In this document: positions 60,665 through 64,000 of the stretch, one piece after another
Layout: each line of letters opens with the position of its first letter
Position numbering within the stretch: the first letter of the stretch is position 1
Assembly (NCBI GenBank): GCA_963703315.1
Contig: OY969811.1
Span: forward strand, 1,888,001 to 1,952,000
Source: an uncultured cyanobacterium
Lineage (GTDB): Bacteria > Cyanobacteriota > Cyanobacteriia > Pseudanabaenales > Pseudanabaenaceae
Reading direction: 5' to 3'
Length of the DNA stretch: 64,000 bases
Made by a program: the position numbers and the translations under genes
The notes under the pieces: generated by a model
Seen by the model: the letters and a program-made list of their open reading frames with translations, nothing else
Told to the model about the DNA's origin: nothing
Database searches by the model: none

Positions 60665-61735
60665 TTAGTCTATGCGAGCGATCGCCGCAACTGGACCACC
60701 GCCAGAGGGTCCTTGATGTTCAGCACCTCCAGATACATAGACCATCGGATCTTGGACGATAGAAGCCACTACTGCTCCCACCACAGCCCTTGCCATGCGT
60801 GTATGGTTGATATCAGAGTCATCCATCATCGTATGTCTTCTCCCCAAAAGCTCTCCCGTTGGGTCAGCCTCGGCTTTAGCAAATATATTGATGACCCGAT
60901 CGCTTGTTTGACCTGTGGAGGCGATCGCCTTAGTTACAGCTTGAGCATCCAGAGCGTGTTGCATCACACTATGACCAATCACAAAGTTACTAGTGGATGT
61001 CGGGGCATTCCCTAAGACCAAAATCTCGCAATTGCGTAACTCCACCCCTGCGGAGGTGGAAGCAACCGTGGAGTACAAAGCATAATTTTGGCAAATATCT
61101 GCCTCTGTAAGATCTTCTAGTCGAACTTCACCCAAGGCGACCGCTACACCTAGCGCTGAGGCTCCACGCGAGTAACCCATTGACTGATAGCTGCTTACCG
61201 ATTTACTAACTGATTTCTCTTTTGGAGATTCATCTAGCAAGCGATCGCGACTGGTGACAAGGGGACATTTGATCTGGACAAAATGCACATCGTCTTTAGC
61301 GATTCCTGCGGTAGCGATCGCCTGATTAACTGCCGCAGCAACTTCTTTAACCATTGTTAACGATCCAATTTCCGCAGGGGTAAAATCACGGGTATGAATC
61401 ACTCCCAAGGTTAAAGCCATACGGGTTGGGGTGTCTGTCGATGAAGGTTGACTTGTAAAAATTGTCAAATGCGGGCTTAAGGCTCCCTCAGTACCGCCCG
61501 ACATGACATAGACAATCGCTGCCGCTTGCTCCTGTCCGACAAAATTAGCGAGGTAGTTTTTTAAGGTTTGGACAGCAAAGCCGCGTGTGAAGTCATTCAC
61601 ACAGCCATTTCCTTCTGTCTTGCCCATAATCGCCACAATGTGCTGGGGATTAATTTTGCCTGAAGCGATCGCTGCTTCTAGAGCCGTGAGATCATCAGGG
61701 CTATTTTGAGGAAGCTTGTATACATCAACTTTCAT
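60665..61735 (-). CDS. atzD: Ring-opening amidohydrolase, cyanuric acid hydrolase (AtzD/TrzD) type
   Basis: GKTEGNGCVNDFTR, MSGGTEG, VQIKCPL, SMGYSRGASALG, STSAG, DSDIN.TR.ARA, YVSGGAEHQGP. Confidence 0.85.
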   Translation of the reverse strand: MKVDVYKLPQNSPDDLTALEAAIASGKINPQHIVAIMGKTEGNGCVNDFTRGFAVQTLKNYLANFVGQEQAAAIVYVMSGGTEGALSPHLTIFTSQPSSTDTPTRMALTLGVIHTRDFTPAEIGSLTMVKEVAAAVNQAIATAGIAKDDVHFVQIKCPLVTSRDRLLDESPKEKSVSKSVSSYQSMGYSRGASALGVAVALGEVRLEDLTEADICQNYALYSTVASTSAGVELRNCEILVLGNAPTSTSNFVIGHSVMQHALDAQAVTKAIASTGQTSDRVINIFAKAEADPTGELLGRRHTMMDDSDINHTRMARAVVGAVVASIVQDPMVYVSGGAEHQGPSGGGPVAAIARID

Positions 61736-61771
61736 TTTTTTATTGGAGATAGGGTTTTGTGTTGCCGTTCC

Positions 61772-62674
61772 TTATGCTGGTTTATGGTGCTTGTGCCAAT
61801 GATGGGCAATGTCAATACGGCGACAAATCCAGACGCGATCGCGGCTCTGCACATAGTCTAAAAATCTCGCCAAAGCCGCCGCCCGTCCTGCTCTGCCCAC
61901 TAAGCGACAATGTAAACCGATGCTCATCATTTTGGGAGAGGTGTCGCCTTCGTCGTAGAGAACATCAAAGGCATCGCGCAAATAGGCAAAAAACTGATCG
62001 CCCGAATTAAAGCCTTGGGGCGTGGCAAAACGCATATCATTATTGTCGAGGGTATAGGGAATAACTAGGTGCGGCTTGCCATATTCATAGTTCCAATAGG
62101 GAAGGTCATCGGCATAGCTGTCGGAATCATAGAGAAATCCACCTTCTTCCACAACTAAACGGCGTGTATGCTCACTAGTCCGCCCCGTATACCAGCCGAG
62201 CGGACGTTCCCCTGTTACTTGTGTATGAATCGCGATCGCCTTTTGCAAATGTTCTCGCTCTTGTTCAGGAGAAAAATATTTGTAATCAATCCAACGATAG
62301 CCATGACTAGCAATTTCCCAATCTGCTTCCAGCATGGCGGAAACAGCTTCAGGGTTACGAGCGAGCGCCATCGCAATACCATAAATAGTTACAGGAATAT
62401 GGCGATCGCAAAACATCCGATATAAGCGCCAAAATCCTGCACGACTACCATATTCATAACAGGATTCCATATTCATGTGACGCAATCCATTAAAGGGAAC
62501 TGCGCCCACAATTTCTGATAGAAAAGTTTCAGAGGTACTGTCTCCATGCAGAATACAAGTTTCGCCACCTTCCTCGTAATTAATCACAAACTGGACAGCC
62601 ACACGAGCATTATCTTTCCATTTTGCATCAGGAGTAAATCTCCCGTAGCCAATCATGTCTCTTGGATATGTCAT
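61772..62674 (-). CDS. puuE: Allantoinase PuuE
   Basis: YPRD..GYG, NYEEGGE, YEYGSRAGFWR, GWYTGR, GLHCRL.GR. Confidence 0.95.
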   Translation of the reverse strand: MTYPRDMIGYGRFTPDAKWKDNARVAVQFVINYEEGGETCILHGDSTSETFLSEIVGAVPFNGLRHMNMESCYEYGSRAGFWRLYRMFCDRHIPVTIYGIAMALARNPEAVSAMLEADWEIASHGYRWIDYKYFSPEQEREHLQKAIAIHTQVTGERPLGWYTGRTSEHTRRLVVEEGGFLYDSDSYADDLPYWNYEYGKPHLVIPYTLDNNDMRFATPQGFNSGDQFFAYLRDAFDVLYDEGDTSPKMMSIGLHCRLVGRAGRAAALARFLDYVQSRDRVWICRRIDIAHHWHKHHKPA

Positions 62675-62715
62675 GGTTATATATGGGTAATTCCTAATTC
62701 GTAATTCGTAATTGA

Positions 62716-63216
62716 TTAACTACTAATCGCTAAAACCAAACGCCATCTAGCAATTTCGATAATTTCGGCGATCGCCGTTTGCTTCTCTACTTCCAGATTA
62801 TTCTGAAGTCTTTGCTCAAAAGCAGCAAGAATACTATCTTTGGTATGGTTGCGAACAGCGATGATAAAAGGGAATGAGAACTTCTCTTTATAGGCTTGAT
62901 TAAGATTTTGAAAGCGATCGTATTCTGCGGCAGAGAGTTGATCGAGTCCGATGGTGGATTGCTCCTGTACTGAAGCTTCCGCCATTTTGAACTTACTGCC
63001 CAGATCGGGGTGAGCGCAGATGAGCTTTAATTTCTCAGCATCACTCATTCTCAAGACGATCGCCGCCATGACTTGGTGCAGATTTTGGACATCGATAAAA
63101 GGACGCGATCGCCATGCTTCGGCGGCTATTTCGGGTGTGTGTTCAAAGATCGAACCGAGGGCTTCAATAAATTCTGACTGACTCATTTGGTTGAGAGTAT
63201 TGATCGTATAACTCAA
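62716..63216 (-). CDS. uraD: OHCU decarboxylase
   Basis: IFEH.P.IA, AHPDLG, S..EQ...GL, Y..KF.FPFIIAV. Confidence 0.93.
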   Translation of the reverse strand: MSYTINTLNQMSQSEFIEALGSIFEHTPEIAAEAWRSRPFIDVQNLHQVMAAIVLRMSDAEKLKLICAHPDLGSKFKMAEASVQEQSTIGLDQLSAAEYDRFQNLNQAYKEKFSFPFIIAVRNHTKDSILAAFEQRLQNNLEVEKQTAIAEIIEIARWRLVLAISS

Positions 63217-64000
63217 TGCAATGGTCCTCCACTGATAATTTTGGCGATCGCACTGGTGACATCTAAGGGACTTTCCTGCGAGAGTTGGTCATACCACTTT
63301 TGGGTAACTTCAGGATCTTTGCCATGAATAGCTTCCGCCCGATTACGCGCTTTATTCACGATTTCAGTAGTGCGGACTTTGCGTTCCTTTTCGTAACGCA
63401 TCAGGGCATCGGCAACACTTACATTAGTTGATAATAGATAATTAGCGATCACAAAGCTATCTTCGAGAGCTTGACATCCACCCTGTCCGAGATCTGGGCA
63501 AGTCGCATGAGCTGCGTCCCCCAAAAGAGCTACCCGACCCTTGACCATTTTTTCAATAGGTCCTACATCATGGATTTCTACCCTCGCAACATTCTCAGGA
63601 TCGAGACGATCAATTAGTAACTGCACAGGCTTTGCCCAGTCTTGAAAATATTCCTTGAGTTCTATTTGATAGTTAGCGCGATCATTAGTTGTACCTTTGG
63701 GGAGTGGCACATCAAAAAAGAAATAGAAGCGATCGCCAGCAACAGGCATCATCGAGGCGCGTTTATGTTCTCCCACATAGATCGACCACATATCCGCAGG
63801 GGCAAGATCATCACTAATCGGAACCAATCCATTCCAATTTACATAGCCTTGATAGGTTGGTTCAATTGTTTCATTGAGAACATATTTCCGTAACAGCGAA
63901 CGCACTCCATCGGCAGCGATTAGCACATCGCCCGAGGCCGCACTTCCATCTTCAAATTTAGCGGTAACATCGCGATCGCTTTCTATGCAATCAATACATT
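63213..64000 (-). CDS. hpxO: FAD-dependent urate hydroxylase, 3' part
   Basis: AADG..S, YVNWNGLV, YVGEHKRASMMP, LGDAAH.T.PDLGQGGCQA.ED; frame open to the window edge; ATGA-coupled to uraD. Confidence 0.9.
   Translation of the reverse strand, partial: CIDCIESDRDVTAKFEDGSAASGDVLIAADGVRSLLRKYVLNETIEPTYQGYVNWNGLVPISDDLAPADMWSIYVGEHKRASMMPVAGDRFYFFFDVPLPKGTTNDRANYQIELKEYFQDWAKPVQLLIDRLDPENVARVEIHDVGPIEKMVKGRVALLGDAAHATCPDLGQGGCQALEDSFVIANYLLSTNVSVADALMRYEKERKVRTTEIVNKARNRAEAIHGKDPEVTQKWYDQLSQESPLDVTSAIAKIISGGPLH

Noticed and set aside
60665..61735. Barbiturase assignment
   Set aside because: Signature motifs are CAH-type (CVNDFTR, KCPL, SRG, SGGAEHQ)
62688..62713. TAATTCG-type heptamer tandem repeat
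   Set aside because: Ordinary short tandem repeat of cyanobacterial intergenic DNA

Overview
Cyanobacterial chromosome segment, with very dense HIP1 GCGATCGC sites and apcF; a Pseudanabaena-like source is my impression, not a result. Most genes are housekeeping (ubiC-like, dxs, apcF, fbaA, ruvC, purT, sppA, mgdA, carB, Hik2-like kinase, trpC, amidase, tRNA-His). Four things stand out. (1) At 17.4-24.1 kb, upstream of carB, a HIP1-poor island holds intact and decayed toxin-antitoxin modules punctuated by three copies of a 35-41 bp direct repeat. It also carries an IS4 with a 9-bp TSD and a Bell-like ORF joined to the next ORF by a candidate UUU_CGU +1 frameshift. (2) At 34.0-37.6 kb, an orphan contractile-injection-system tail chaperone has a G/GT-type -1 frameshift and sits downstream of a large membrane Ig-repeat protein. 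(3) At 50.6-64 kb, a purine-nitrogen scavenging cluster encodes 8-oxoguanine deaminase, HpxO, UraH, UraD, PuuE, an M20 hydrolase, an ABC transporter and a porin. It also contains a cyanuric-acid-hydrolase-type enzyme and a stand-alone allophanate-hydrolase C-domain protein, and has candidate GntR and NtcA sites. (4) Dozens of intergenic hairpin/MITE repeats are scattered through the window; several show arms overwritten with inverted copies of local flanking DNA. All family calls come from motif recognition, not from database searches.
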